Shown: in pieces, positions 12,001 to 18,822 of the stretch
How the letters are laid out: each line of letters opens with the position of its first letter
Position numbering within the stretch: position 1 is the first letter of the stretch
Source: a virus
Reading direction: 5' to 3' (one strand)
IMG/VR virus record: IMGVR_UViG_3300022188_000007
Span: 80,486 to 144,485 of that record
Length of the DNA: 64,000 nt
Made by a program: the position numbers and the translations under genes
Notes under the pieces: generated by a model
What the model saw: the letters and a program-made list of their open reading frames with translations, nothing else
What the model was told of the DNA's origin: nothing
Databases searched by the model: none

Positions 12001-15000
12001 GTTGGATGAAAGGAAAATTAAAAACCAAAAATAAGGCAACAGCAGGTGCAAGGGCAGTTACAGGCCTTGATAAGGCCGAGTTATTAAAAGAAATAAGTAC
12101 CTATGCTGACGGTGGCCGAACCATTAGTACTGTTACTGGTAAACCTATACCCACAGCAGAGGAAACAGAAGAGGGTATGGCAAAGATGCGAGAAGCTTTA
12201 GGTTTTGTAGCTTCTGTAGGTCACCCAATTACTTCTATCCCCACCTCTATCTATGGCATGTATCAAGGTTTTAAAGAAAAAGGTCTTAGTGCCCAACCAG
12301 CTGTTGAAGGTTTTGGGGGCTTAGAACTATTAAATTATATACCACAGGCTAAAAGACTCGGTAAAATGAAAACAATTTTAAGTAAAGGTTTTGGTAGATA
12401 TTTTGATAACGCAGGGGACGTGAATGATTATTTTGATATTACTGGTAAGTTAGGGGGTAAACTAACTTCATCACACGGAGATGATTTTGACGCGTTACTA
12501 GCTTCCGAGAATACTTTTGAGGAGGGCGGCTTATCTCTTTGGGATAAATTACTGGGTAAACAGTTCGATCCTACAGAGAGATGGAAGGGTAAAAAGTTAC
12601 CATCAGGTATGGGAAAATTTGATAAACCTGAGGTGACAAAAAAATTAGAAGACGAAATAAAAGCTACAAAACGCCATGATGTTCATTCTTTTAGTTTCCT
12701 ACGCGAAAAACATGGTTTTGTGAAAGCATTACAACTTTATGGTGCAGGATCTCGTTTACAAGAAGGGGCAGATATATTAAAGAAGGCTGATGGTGGTAAG
12801 ATAAGAAGTTTTATAGGTGATTCCACAGGAGTAGCAGAGGTAGGAGAAGAGTTATTTAATGAAAGAATCAATGCCCCTGTACTAACTCGGTCTGTGGCCA
12901 GTATGATTAAATCAGAGTTTGGCACCTCAGACGTAGGTAACAATCAATTAGGTGCGCCAGTAGATAAATTAATGGGCACTTCGTTTGATCCATCTGCTAC
13001 CATGTTAAAAGATAGTAGAGCTTTTACAGCTGTTGGTAATAATATAAAATCATATGCTTCTACAGCCGATTTTAATACCGGTAGAGCGAAGTCTGATAAA
13101 TTGAAGGGCAATATAGGTAAAGGTAATATAATCCCAGGTATGGATGGATTAACCTCTATATATGATGGATTCTTAACTTCCAAATACAATAGCCCCTTCT
13201 TATCGCAAGAAGAGCAATCCAACAATAGGGCTTGGTATGAAGCCACTAGAGAGCAAGAGATAACCAATAAACAGAAATATGAATTATTAGGTGATGCAAA
13301 AACAGACGCAGATAGGAAACAGCTTACTGACTACTGGCAGTCTGTGGGTAAGGCTGCTCCAAGTAAGTTTGCTGATGGAGGGAATGTCGATGAAGAAGAG
13401 CCTGTGATTGAGTGGGGACATACTACTGCTAAAGCTGTCATGGATAAATGGACAGCGGAAGCTAAAGATGCGGCTATGTATAGATCGTTACATGCTATGT
13501 CTAGTGCTGAAGATTTTGCATTAAAATTGGATAGAAATAAAAAAGCTAGAACCGACATGACCAGAATTCTAGCTGATAACGAATACTTAGATAAAGACAC
13601 CCAAGAAGGGTATGATTATTCATTTGATAAACACCGAGGATTAAGAATACTTACTGATGAAGATTCGGGGGTGAAGGTAGGTAGAGTAATTACTAAGTCA
13701 TATCGTTCTGTAGATGAAAGTTATAGACCTAGATCTATGGCAACTGTTAAGAAACAAGTACATGACCCATTTGCTATATCCGAAGATGCTTATTCTTCTG
13801 GCGCGCTTACTGATTTCTCCGAGAGATTATCTCTAGACAGTAACTATGGTAATGAGGCTTTTAGGTACCACGGTGAGGGCCGTGATATATGGAAGAATAT
13901 GCAACGCTATAAGAAATTATTTTATGGCTCTCCGGGTGAAAGTAAAGCATCTGAAGGGTATTTAGCAAAATTTCAAGCAGGCCAAAAGAACCTTGATAAA
14001 GTACGTTTAGTGATGAAGGTTTTAGAAGAAGGTGGTAATATTTATGATGACTCCAGACTTCAACAGAAAGTGGGCGGACCAGCTAGGTTAGAGGCTTTTG
14101 ATTTTGGAGGTAAGAAAGGTACTGTAGATATACCTACTAGAAATTTCAAAAGAGCTGAACTACTTAAAGAATTACAAGCGTTATATGGGGATGAATCTCA
14201 AGGGGCCATCATTAGTGCTGAGAGGATAAAGAATGAAATCTCCGCTTTAAACGCGCAGAAAATAGAAACTTCTGATGGTACAGTGGAATACATAAGGGCA
14301 GATGAACAGAAATATACGTCTGTTTTACAGGATATTAAAGACGCCGCCGTAATTGCACGAGGTGAGTTAGATCCTAAAGGCAAAAATGCAAGAAGACGGG
14401 CTGTTACAAGAGCTCAGTCCCCTCTATTATATAATTATTCTAATACGCTACGGGACAAAGAATTGGCAAGAGCAGGGTTCCTAAAGCAGACTGGCCCACC
14501 GAAAGATTTTTCCGACTTCGATAAAAAAGATATTCCAGATATGAAAAAATGGCTGGCTGCTGGAGATTATGGCTATGTAACTAGTGACACAGTGCAACGA
14601 ATGAAGGACTTTATTACGAGTGAGACATACAATGTGGGTGGTGTAGCTACTAGATCTATGCCAGTTAAACATTTTGGCGGTGTGGTAACACAAACTGGCC
14701 CAGTATTTGCTCAGAAAGGTGAATACATTATACCTAAAGGATTTAAAGATGGTACTTCGGGTTTGGGTGGTGTAACCTCCAGTCCAGCTTCCCAAGCTTT
14801 AACTTCAGGATCGATGAGATTAGATGGTTCTGAGGTATTATCACAATTAAATAGTTTAAGTTTAAAGGTGGATAATACTACGGTTAAGGTAGACACTACT
14901 GAGGCAGCAAGTAGACTATCATCTTCTATTAGTGATGCTTTTAGTGGTATAGAACCATTTAAAGTAGAAGATAAAACTCTATTAGTAGAAGATAAGGTTT

Positions 15001-15788
15001 TCTCAGTAGAAGATAAAAAGTTAACTGTGGAAGATAAAACTTTTACTATTGAAGATAAAACTTTTAAGGTAGAGGATAAAATTTTCTCAGTAGAAGATAA
15101 AAAGTTAACTGTGGAAGATAAAACTTTTACTATTGAAGATAAAACTTTTAAGGTAGAGGATAAAATTTTCTCAGTGGAAGACAAAAAATTAACCGTGGAA
15201 GACAAGGTTTTTACTATTGAGGATAAGGTTTTTAAGGTAGAGGATAAAATTTTCTCAGTGGAAGACAAAAAATTAACCGTGGAAGACAAGGTTTTTACTA
15301 TTGAGGATAAGGTTTTTAAGGTAGAGGATAAAGTACTAACAATAGATGCTTCTAATATTTCAGTAGATATCGGCGATGCAGAGGCTAGATTAGCTTCAGC
15401 GATTAGCAATGCGATTAGTAGTGCGGTAGTTAATATAAAAGTTGAGGCCCCTACTACTGGAGGGTCAGTCGGCGCGGATAAATTCGATCAGTTAGCCCAA
15501 ACAGTATCAGATGTAAACGATAAACTTATAAGTAGTTCTGTGATTATGGAGAGTAGAGTGAAGATTTTAGAAGGGGGTATAGACTTAGTTGTGGATGAAA
15601 GCGTGGAAAAAAAACTAGCTTCTAAATTGATGAGTATTAATGAAAGTGTAACAGGGGCTCTCTTGAGTGTAGATACTGTAGCTAATAATGTAACCACTCA
15701 AATAGATAGTATAAGACGTGAGTCTAACGAAATAAAATATCTAGCACATATGGCTTTAAATGCTAGAGGTTCAGGAAATATAACTTAA
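1..15788 (+). CDS. Giant multidomain tail tape-measure protein (5'-truncated, >5,260 aa)
   Basis: The frame of the 72..15788 ORF stays open back to base 3 (GTENTPLTVLNNLLPELFRNEKHM) and has no SD before ATG 72, so the true start lies upstream of the window. It has a TP901-type core, hydrophobic helices (FKLAGAGMVLFVGYI, MAPLLGTLGGIALLAPTII), a helical Ala/Lys/Glu-rich composition, typical C-terminal TMP motifs and a position just before hub-like genes. Confidence 0.9.
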   Translation, partial: GTENTPLTVLNNLLPELFRNEKHMAKIAMTLQAVKPEAGKDTASSQALLNALAKMKPVEDQPSSGREKAVFEEGIKTKLYDTKMTNAINANFFKLNTGQDTEALNRQLKLFERNLGYGGGVIRQGAQYEPTANLASRFPLDLKSMGNTMGEELHTMMNEFLRVGVQKGLDVKHAGETPIATEMANLISKGSPGVSSLIEKINAGEGSYGDLTDFAEANKKSLGRRLGGMSTEDLYLDAASIAGGRGESTTKLDPGNREELKEYITKSIGFEGFLHELSNQVIEAAHEGLMKSVSAWSDTKKQKEFKGSSAEDYVKASIRKQLKGDGINILDSAESPLMPLYKMRTSGASGYQQRGLYQDKYGDVEAPELEGIFQGKEADAYAAKYKEAKAVAKNIQDALIDFSSNKGGNKKGSYSMLLESSIENIYADQKEIMKLVQEMTLEKDRTSSSVMDRLSGDAPMHGFAREALGKKNSKTQKEFLEKYSRIVGVPSLGQESTALLKQEYLPQAAFLANAEKGPAPLQGETTDGAYQDILDAHDKAVDKLKEQYLADAIVIAQTDNILKAAKTKTGEATFLTQLLPTSKGDYASKSYDDRRQRISQIAKEKVQRANFEQLTHPRGLERDAFGRSMPSGGGPGGPGALSVGGTGPIVDVNIASVAEGVGVFLGRAAGMAKTTEDTSPRFTISEELEKKLVRAEEIVDEITGGLNKATGDSFANKYRASGLKGGQGLDQINEIKKQMQGIKAGRKARDILDSSSLLGTGIHAKLEDSYKKEYITERPVRYDSVAGEISGTVDAIKYDDNEIATHIVDIKTTSQKNYDDLKQAVARFQEKTGKETPTLDEIKDYVGKNLKDSKLGDVASQLNLYLAATSEDAKASAHFYSRTNPDQEPIKLDQFFDKERLDNDVAAVGQARREIKLEGGSFAKTASYTEAEEIEVLLKKKEVAEATIAELIATSTEYYTLVTKQGLRARKNLPSTGGLSDKSLNMIGTRAREFQAQSVKFDDMVTANPIAEGRETYKVHQNLNVLHERAKYFQQKEGYETSGPRFDKMHPQIQERVTEHGEKGPGGAAFSALVTELKDTGKIEGGEINAAWKAYRLAVGDYFVKKMAAARKELDNTDPGADNIVNVFGAYQKSVQAFQDFAKHGLGKPTDIYTYNKQYLHAESARGAGIYMDSAALQKKASQPLGEDPTLRNIFQNMTNLEGDSVPIPRDSVRAALEDLMDMDRSLINLYTNAEKVAHMGKDINLGWNFDKVKGGLSRLRAALDLQLKQPVGELYNEDQITYLRTVLKELKGLETIYISLDLDTDSFKNPTGEYKFPTLVPVPKQLSRDQQSAMHYQNIEKIKGHYRTPEAEGGAREGDSFVYNAKTFGPSGKQMDNQRFVISKYGEAINSAGKSVPILKSRLDNLNKSLVDGNRTFSVAIERVVKWGAAATLVYGGLSYIKDAVKHMSDVETAMARLQMVMNPLTTDFDSLQKAALGFAKQYGVETTDVLGSMKVFAQQGLSQGEVEERTQTSTLAANVTTLSAVDATEALTAAMKVFRAEGESSMRFLDSWSQVEARAAITAGDLADAIKKSASAGRNAGFTFDELNGMVAAIGSTTRQTGKEVGTSLRFIFRRISADKGPKALKGVGVATTTPKGTLRPGYKVLEDLAGKWEELEQAQKLSIAQAIGGTRQYNQVLVLMDNWDQVVKSTTDSMNAKGSAERRNLKLMKTYSKQLEQTKAVFSALKVEVGKVVLPSFKAGLTGIRGLVEAVNNVPASFKLAGAGMVLFVGYITKGAEALNTIMSLVDRTKLSFSALKDDFSKGIDKGMFEVFGKGTPELDSDLFGLSKLSDTGTVNIDDMESSLGKLAFGALSAGQAFNKFAGIVGSDSASAVSAVGKYVTAFGALVEKTGTGISLIPGIPGPVDEAVGVATSFTGKAIKGTGGAFDFVGDKVGKGAQSWMEGFASQNTSAMKSMAPLLGTLGGIALLAPTIIDAFKNLTQSATDYKDEQLNRLEVDAKEIDSLQGLITSYKNLQDQKEKITRLSDPKVQAKGIKRGEYKSPILEKIDALKATRTFDSNLGAMDPSMIAGFDEFGRVILSNTANLTGYLEELKRAKTVTLALSKLKIAARFTDDLTETGGNQEWKQQVKSLAAEFPLIGEMLAKNITVGPKKALEVIREELDQLLAAKAEAPMSTAFDSDIERSLTAHAKVLKTFSATYAELGKTLSSISTEGATVTDIADLYKSPDALKTFDLQAAYEDKYQIAEVRGTVSGRDIAASKVLRTQSSGLGSYIEASSVLTEANLFSAGRLPRKPKKDGTIGASDNDLVTLNKNFAEKYGIATGQATLKIGKDHKLFLEFIDALTTTPTTKEFSQAEIEAAARAFFPVDEILQKAQISVTKLNTFVAGASAGILGVSEKKLNTRQFDLGERFYDQIPTNVLLQTEKGYNTKTGTFGKQDYKEDYSSDFIDKYYDPLQKYNTAKSALGGDNASLDASVLGGLAEQLRGLQDILKNNSIAFQYRAAIEDLNKALYEGARATRKSILVEQERQKVDKHTAGFMRGKTKGVASIDQGVTNYKDLNDQQRASLMFKDYDALAKKILVQETSIEGLIGQSKSVASTYADIQEIGKAPEGFDAIMTRGRNVELMSIMDKVDNDKGAAQISMRVSELKSPLEGILANTDIMAANTYGRPGDIKRAAATAEENLVIAEQRKLAGKGPLDNTVDNKTDPVKTFKSLQKLMTIRDAAAKEGDTVTVRALDNTLADSYGRALKVYGMKDFARLTKLVAPTKFFSSNNKELVASRASALAQKGIGTTPDRMMQSIESAKMAKAALRTQSFIDKLTAFKAPEKEIERAKNRQWYVPSKEVRDYEKAYATDPSKPLINPKIFEKALIAGAILPAFQGKSLGEKRTTIEDQINRLQKQKDNYPKEGKEAEKLGIDKKIEGYQKILTDDLDPQQFVTSTLQGLSTTALAAYEGVGIFGGSQSDKENMAAVGAGLFVIMKSLESRIGKDNMPQYFKDFSKEAVDKIKIAVETGDYSDMANDLGKKTKKFLKGFNKSMEAQTEKAEDAGIDPEKDIRERRKRLKKLNATLDLESTTKSLNEVTDVGSNNLLRGLEAIAVVMTAQAVGGWKSKKGETAARVKDGVNVAKQQGLASLAYSEKNAAAVDAYIGKLVLTQKELAEKKGPDGGAINIVMDVMEDFKTSLTLAAAEGKTLEEAMSGLQDKIGDTKVFTGIYTDVAKLIGAMENFRAELQKSFTTFDDKRLLDPTRSLKGELLGFGGETTLPIGRRDMSTQQRAYAGGSDSLRSSFAVMSKGILIQEAQIKTLGFVRSQIADTEQNIDFGTKYGTSDSQLEAWEMHLKGLEGTLANLQNVTTLTSQQLQALGTSMRGAIKYSEAINKLNDALADVSVEHAVTGITGLKTYFDSFEVLLGGSDPLAAQPVSPEQERMGAKVGVRLVSGESTSMDIERAQLLTEIKNATDSKSRTAASIKLGDLDEKYRRLGIDKEQQVENQRLGSTMKPYEDFYRNMEGLLGSNELNDKQYGEISGVKNEFKEAMKRATEKIPIDEAIAQLEGQKDNLGANQFKEAMKELVAMKATGTTQVYRGMDRTKDWQGIMSRVMAGYDKEIDAYKAATGTTDLDTSLENMVTNPLVNVIGMSNLLLAELVTHFVDKKTAADILNGPQKKELEPDYLFSSIVPDKKVVLAEAQDFLKGISINPADNLKTQPYDFNNDNIDPNRGRPTLFGRPVGPISKDALGLPPIQDKVVPPPPTEVELAAKKHPRFKEMETYVKNISLDPIANLKTEPFGPNSEQDNSQIVAVNELQLVTLKKIATSLSSNGSGDSTEPTTKAAGGRIFGEGGPREDKVPAYLSPGEFVIRAAAAQRLGYENLDVMNKKGQVPVAFESGGSLNQRHITQAHQYFVDPDAVLPPEFNPESELYNKGITGKYIDLRKSMLSEEQREAVAGISTLKGLYNTFSDMAGNDEDKLNSLFPEDIMPVMERFEENKKAQEEKGILGWMKGKLKTKNKATAGARAVTGLDKAELLKEISTYADGGRTISTVTGKPIPTAEETEEGMAKMREALGFVASVGHPITSIPTSIYGMYQGFKEKGLSAQPAVEGFGGLELLNYIPQAKRLGKMKTILSKGFGRYFDNAGDVNDYFDITGKLGGKLTSSHGDDFDALLASENTFEEGGLSLWDKLLGKQFDPTERWKGKKLPSGMGKFDKPEVTKKLEDEIKATKRHDVHSFSFLREKHGFVKALQLYGAGSRLQEGADILKKADGGKIRSFIGDSTGVAEVGEELFNERINAPVLTRSVASMIKSEFGTSDVGNNQLGAPVDKLMGTSFDPSATMLKDSRAFTAVGNNIKSYASTADFNTGRAKSDKLKGNIGKGNIIPGMDGLTSIYDGFLTSKYNSPFLSQEEQSNNRAWYEATREQEITNKQKYELLGDAKTDADRKQLTDYWQSVGKAAPSKFADGGNVDEEEPVIEWGHTTAKAVMDKWTAEAKDAAMYRSLHAMSSAEDFALKLDRNKKARTDMTRILADNEYLDKDTQEGYDYSFDKHRGLRILTDEDSGVKVGRVITKSYRSVDESYRPRSMATVKKQVHDPFAISEDAYSSGALTDFSERLSLDSNYGNEAFRYHGEGRDIWKNMQRYKKLFYGSPGESKASEGYLAKFQAGQKNLDKVRLVMKVLEEGGNIYDDSRLQQKVGGPARLEAFDFGGKKGTVDIPTRNFKRAELLKELQALYGDESQGAIISAERIKNEISALNAQKIETSDGTVEYIRADEQKYTSVLQDIKDAAVIARGELDPKGKNARRRAVTRAQSPLLYNYSNTLRDKELARAGFLKQTGPPKDFSDFDKKDIPDMKKWLAAGDYGYVTSDTVQRMKDFITSETYNVGGVATRSMPVKHFGGVVTQTGPVFAQKGEYIIPKGFKDGTSGLGGVTSSPASQALTSGSMRLDGSEVLSQLNSLSLKVDNTTVKVDTTEAASRLSSSISDAFSGIEPFKVEDKTLLVEDKVFSVEDKKLTVEDKTFTIEDKTFKVEDKIFSVEDKKLTVEDKTFTIEDKTFKVEDKIFSVEDKKLTVEDKVFTIEDKVFKVEDKIFSVEDKKLTVEDKVFTIEDKVFKVEDKVLTIDASNISVDIGDAEARLASAISNAISSAVVNIKVEAPTTGGSVGADKFDQLAQTVSDVNDKLISSSVIMESRVKILEGGIDLVVDESVEKKLASKLMSINESVTGALLSVDTVANNVTTQIDSIRRESNEIKYLAHMALNARGSGNIT
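2154..2750 (+). other. PD-(D/E)xK (Cas4/RecB-like) nuclease domain within the tape-measure protein
   Basis: Motifs occur in the expected order: YRASGL (2154), GTGIH (2277), TE, SGTVD (2373), IVDIKT (2427), QLNLY (2583). This matches the G-x-x-x-H / E / G-x-x-D / D-x-K / Q-x-x-x-Y signature. No Fe-S cysteines are present. Confidence 0.8.
4260..5250 (+). other. Tape-measure core domain (TP901/PhageMin_Tail-like)
   Basis: The stretch AIERVVKWGAAATLVYGG...DVETAMARLQMVM...AKQYG...FAQQG...AANV...ATEALTAAM...DLADAIKKSASAGRNAGFTFDELNGMVAAIGSTTRQTGKEVGTSLRFIF...SIAQAIGGTRQYN is characteristic of this family. Confidence 0.9.
14955..15332 (+). repeat. In-frame tandem repeat: 18 x 21 bp (xxx[VI]EDK heptads) with an 84-bp higher-order period
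   Basis: The protein reads PFKVEDK TLLVEDK VFSVEDK KLTVEDK TFTIEDK TFKVEDK IFSVEDK KLTVEDK... The four-heptad block FSVEDK/KLTVEDK/xFTIEDK/xFKVEDK repeats four times with near-identical DNA. Confidence 0.97.
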
Positions 15789-15804
15789 AGGGAAATGTAT
15801 AAAT

Positions 15805-17829
15805 ATGGGAAATAATCCACCATGTATAGATAGTTTTTGGGCCGCATATGGCGATTCTTCATTATTGATTGAAATCCCCCCTCAAGGTCCTACTGGTAGT
15901 ATCGCCGCAGATGTACTAGGTACTTATAGTATCCCGGCTGCGGCCAATTCTAATATTGGGGGAAATTTACAAGGTCTAGATATAAAACATATGGATGCTA
16001 TGGCAGTTATTAATCTCTCGTTACTTGAAGAGATGGCTGATCGCTCTGGGGGGATGTTTGAAGCAATAGTTAATAATTCTGGTGAAGTCGAGTTTGTAGA
16101 AATAGGTAAAGGTACTGCTAATTTAAGTGATATATACTATCAAGTACAGACATTTTCATATGTAGAGCCGTGTAAAGGTGTATTAGTACGAGGCGGCCAA
16201 ATAATGCCTACGTGGAAAGAAATGAATTGGCAATATATTTGGGGTGATGGTACAAGTAAGGATGTACATCATACTACCCAGATGGTAACTAATTGTATGT
16301 ACGATAATTTTAGTACCCATGCTACTATAACTTTTAATGATCCACACTTAGATAATAGTTCTTATAATGACGGTATCGACAATCTATATGATGTAACAAG
16401 TCCGTGGGATAAGATTATAGGTTATGCTCGATTTATAGATTGCCCTAACGCTACCCCGTCTACTAAGATAACCTTAGATACATCTACTACTATACCTATA
16501 GAGGTTGGAGGTAGAACAAATAAAGGCCCTAATATGGGGACATTAAAACCCCGTCCTTCTCATGACCCTAATTCTGCTGATACTGCTGAGTGCTGGCAAT
16601 GGATGGAGGGTGACTCTATAGGGAGTACATCAGATGGGGTAATAATAAATTTACCAGAGTCTCTTCGTTTTGAGGATGTATCTGGCCATAAAGTAGATAA
16701 ATTTGTTAAAGTAGCAGAAGTTTTGCTTATAGGTAGAGAACTTTCTATGCTACATTCTGGGGCCCTAGATGATTCAACTGCAGTTAGTCAGGACCCTATA
16801 GATACCAATACATTAGCCCTAATTTCAGAAGATAATATGAATCAAATCATCTTTAGACTCGAAGAGGGGAAACATTATGCTATTCTTTATAAAGAGGACG
16901 GTGATTTTAAACAACCCTATATTCTATTTGCAAAGGATGCTAGGCCTAATGAACCCAAAACGTACGGTCAGGACACCAAATATATAGTTAGTCAGTATGG
17001 GGAATCAGGGTACTTTAAGGCTGGTGAGACAGGAGTGGGGACAATATTCCCAGTAGCAGGTAATAGAGGTATATTAGTACAACAAATATACGCTCTAGTG
17101 GATTTAGACACCCCATCTATATCAATATATGACCCTGAACAACCAGGAGCTGTAGGTGCCGCTTCTAAAGCTTTAGATTTAGCTAATGCCTTAGAGTATT
17201 GGGTTACTCCAATAATGGTAACTGAACTACCACCTTCAATATCATTTAATGGCTCACCAATAGATCAAAAACCTTCTAAAGCAGATAATGATCCTACAAC
17301 TGCCCAAGTCTTTGATGATACTCCTCTTGAAGTAGCGTATGATCAAATGGATGGAGGTGGTGGGGTAGAGCTTACTCTACCGTTCTTTAATGATCCTTCT
17401 GATGACGTTAAATTAGATAGTTTATCGGGGGCTTTATATGATTTTATGAACGCTGGTACTGGATTGGATACTACTTATGTATGTGGTCCGGATACCGATG
17501 TTACTTTAGGGGAGGCTGGTCCCGCCGGCGGAATAGTGAATAGTATTTCATACTCTTACACCGATAGTGGGTCTTATACCGTCTCTGTTAATGAGGGCCC
17601 TAGACTAGTAAAAAATTTTTCAGGTGGAGGGCCTTCTGGACCAACAATGAAGGCATCAGATAATTTTAGTTCAAGAGGAACGATCATAGATACTCTTGGG
17701 AATGGGATGTTTTTTAAAGTTAGAATAGATGGCTATGGGGAACGTATAGCTATAAACATGTCACCTTCAATTATAAAAATAGGTGATGTAGTACAGTGTA
17801 CTGTACATAATAATCCAGTGGAGGCATAA
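15805..17829 (+). CDS. Putative baseplate hub / tail-tip protein (674 aa)
   Basis: First gene after the TMP. It is acidic and beta-rich, with a hub-like segment (GIVNSISYSYTDSGSYTVSVNEG) and an OB-fold-like C-terminus (RGTIIDTLGNGMFFKVRIDG...IKIGDVVQCTV). The function is inferred from position and pattern. Confidence 0.5.
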   Translation: MGNNPPCIDSFWAAYGDSSLLIEIPPQGPTGSIAADVLGTYSIPAAANSNIGGNLQGLDIKHMDAMAVINLSLLEEMADRSGGMFEAIVNNSGEVEFVEIGKGTANLSDIYYQVQTFSYVEPCKGVLVRGGQIMPTWKEMNWQYIWGDGTSKDVHHTTQMVTNCMYDNFSTHATITFNDPHLDNSSYNDGIDNLYDVTSPWDKIIGYARFIDCPNATPSTKITLDTSTTIPIEVGGRTNKGPNMGTLKPRPSHDPNSADTAECWQWMEGDSIGSTSDGVIINLPESLRFEDVSGHKVDKFVKVAEVLLIGRELSMLHSGALDDSTAVSQDPIDTNTLALISEDNMNQIIFRLEEGKHYAILYKEDGDFKQPYILFAKDARPNEPKTYGQDTKYIVSQYGESGYFKAGETGVGTIFPVAGNRGILVQQIYALVDLDTPSISIYDPEQPGAVGAASKALDLANALEYWVTPIMVTELPPSISFNGSPIDQKPSKADNDPTTAQVFDDTPLEVAYDQMDGGGGVELTLPFFNDPSDDVKLDSLSGALYDFMNAGTGLDTTYVCGPDTDVTLGEAGPAGGIVNSISYSYTDSGSYTVSVNEGPRLVKNFSGGGPSGPTMKASDNFSSRGTIIDTLGNGMFFKVRIDGYGERIAINMSPSIIKIGDVVQCTVHNNPVEA

Positions 17830-17832
17830 AAA

Positions 17833-18417
17833 ATGACAATTCAATTAGTACCAATACGTGCAACAATCACAATAGGAGCCCTTACTGTAAGTACGCCTTA
17901 TATACAATCATTTAATGTGCGTAAAACAAGAGGCCAAATTAGCTCATTTGATGCAAGTTTAAAAGTGGATCATGGTGCCATTACTGGTAGTAACATGGGA
18001 GGTTTTGTTACTATCAGTGCAGGTAGTAGTGGACAGAGTAAAATATACACGGGGATTTTAAAGAAATCTACAGTATCCCCTTGTTGGGATGACCCTGGGT
18101 ACGTATTATTAAATATCAGTGGAACAGATGTATTAAGTCATTTACAAGGTAAAAAATATACTAGAAGATGTAGAGCTACTAAGAGTACTTGGATTAGTAT
18201 TGACTCTGTTACTAGGGAAGGCCTTAGGGATGGAAAATTTAAAAAAGAGCATCAAGTATTATCAACCATGCCTAGCGCTATAGAAAAAGCACAAGAGCCT
18301 ACTAAAACTGCAATGCCTTCAGCTAAGGCTTATACTCCAAAATCAGAAACGGAAAAAGTTGTCATAGTAAACTTTACTTCTATTGTAGGTACAGACCCAG
18401 GTCAAGGTGTTGCATAA
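17833..18417 (+). CDS. Baseplate hub-like protein (gpD/XkdQ-type N-terminal domain)
   Basis: The pattern IQSFNVRKTRGQISSFDASL...VTISAG...IYTGIL...LNISGTDVLSHL resembles hub protein N-terminal barrels. Confidence 0.55.
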   Translation: MTIQLVPIRATITIGALTVSTPYIQSFNVRKTRGQISSFDASLKVDHGAITGSNMGGFVTISAGSSGQSKIYTGILKKSTVSPCWDDPGYVLLNISGTDVLSHLQGKKYTRRCRATKSTWISIDSVTREGLRDGKFKKEHQVLSTMPSAIEKAQEPTKTAMPSAKAYTPKSETEKVVIVNFTSIVGTDPGQGVA

Positions 18418-18432
18418 GGAGCTTAAAAATAT

Positions 18433-18822
18433 ATGGCTAATATAACAAATATCTCAATATATTTAAGAGCAGGGGAGTCTTATACGTTACATGTTCCCGT
18501 GAACATGGCCAATAATATGGGATATTTCCCTAGAAAAGGAAGTATTAAAAAAGAAAACGGAGAACCTACTGATTTTAAGAATGGGTTTTATGTGGAAAAT
18601 GAAGAAGTAGGTTCTATAACCAAGACTCATGGAGACAAGGTAGCTGTTGATTATACACATAAACTTCCAGCGGCAAATACTATTTGGTTTCATGCAGTGA
18701 CTGGTGAACGTGCTAGAATTATGATATCTAATATTCAAGTGCATTCTCATGAATCAATTGCTACAGGTGGTCCAGCTTATGGTACGTATTTTAGTGATAT
18801 TGATGCAGGGGGGACAGACTAA
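18433..18822 (+). CDS. Putative spike/tip-associated protein with HxH motif (129 aa)
   Basis: SD aaggag precedes the start. The C-terminal IQVHSHESIATGG resembles the HxH metal-binding apex of gpV/gp138-type spikes. Confidence 0.4.
   Translation: MANITNISIYLRAGESYTLHVPVNMANNMGYFPRKGSIKKENGEPTDFKNGFYVENEEVGSITKTHGDKVAVDYTHKLPAANTIWFHAVTGERARIMISNIQVHSHESIATGGPAYGTYFSDIDAGGTD

Noticed and set aside
12190-12380. Pre-toxin (PT-TG-like) motif in a TMP cassette (LELLNYIPQAKRLGK)
   Set aside because: The resemblance is short and no recognisable toxin domain follows, so it cannot be supported without a profile search.
14955-15332. Possible CRISPR array, given the Cas4-like domain in the same gene
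   Set aside because: Units are contiguous, in frame and degenerate at synonymous positions, with no unique spacers. No other cas genes are present.
14711-15409. 232-aa minus-strand ORF with LSST repeats
   Set aside because: It is the antisense shadow of the VEDK repeat inside the TMP, with no independent SD or protein-like features.
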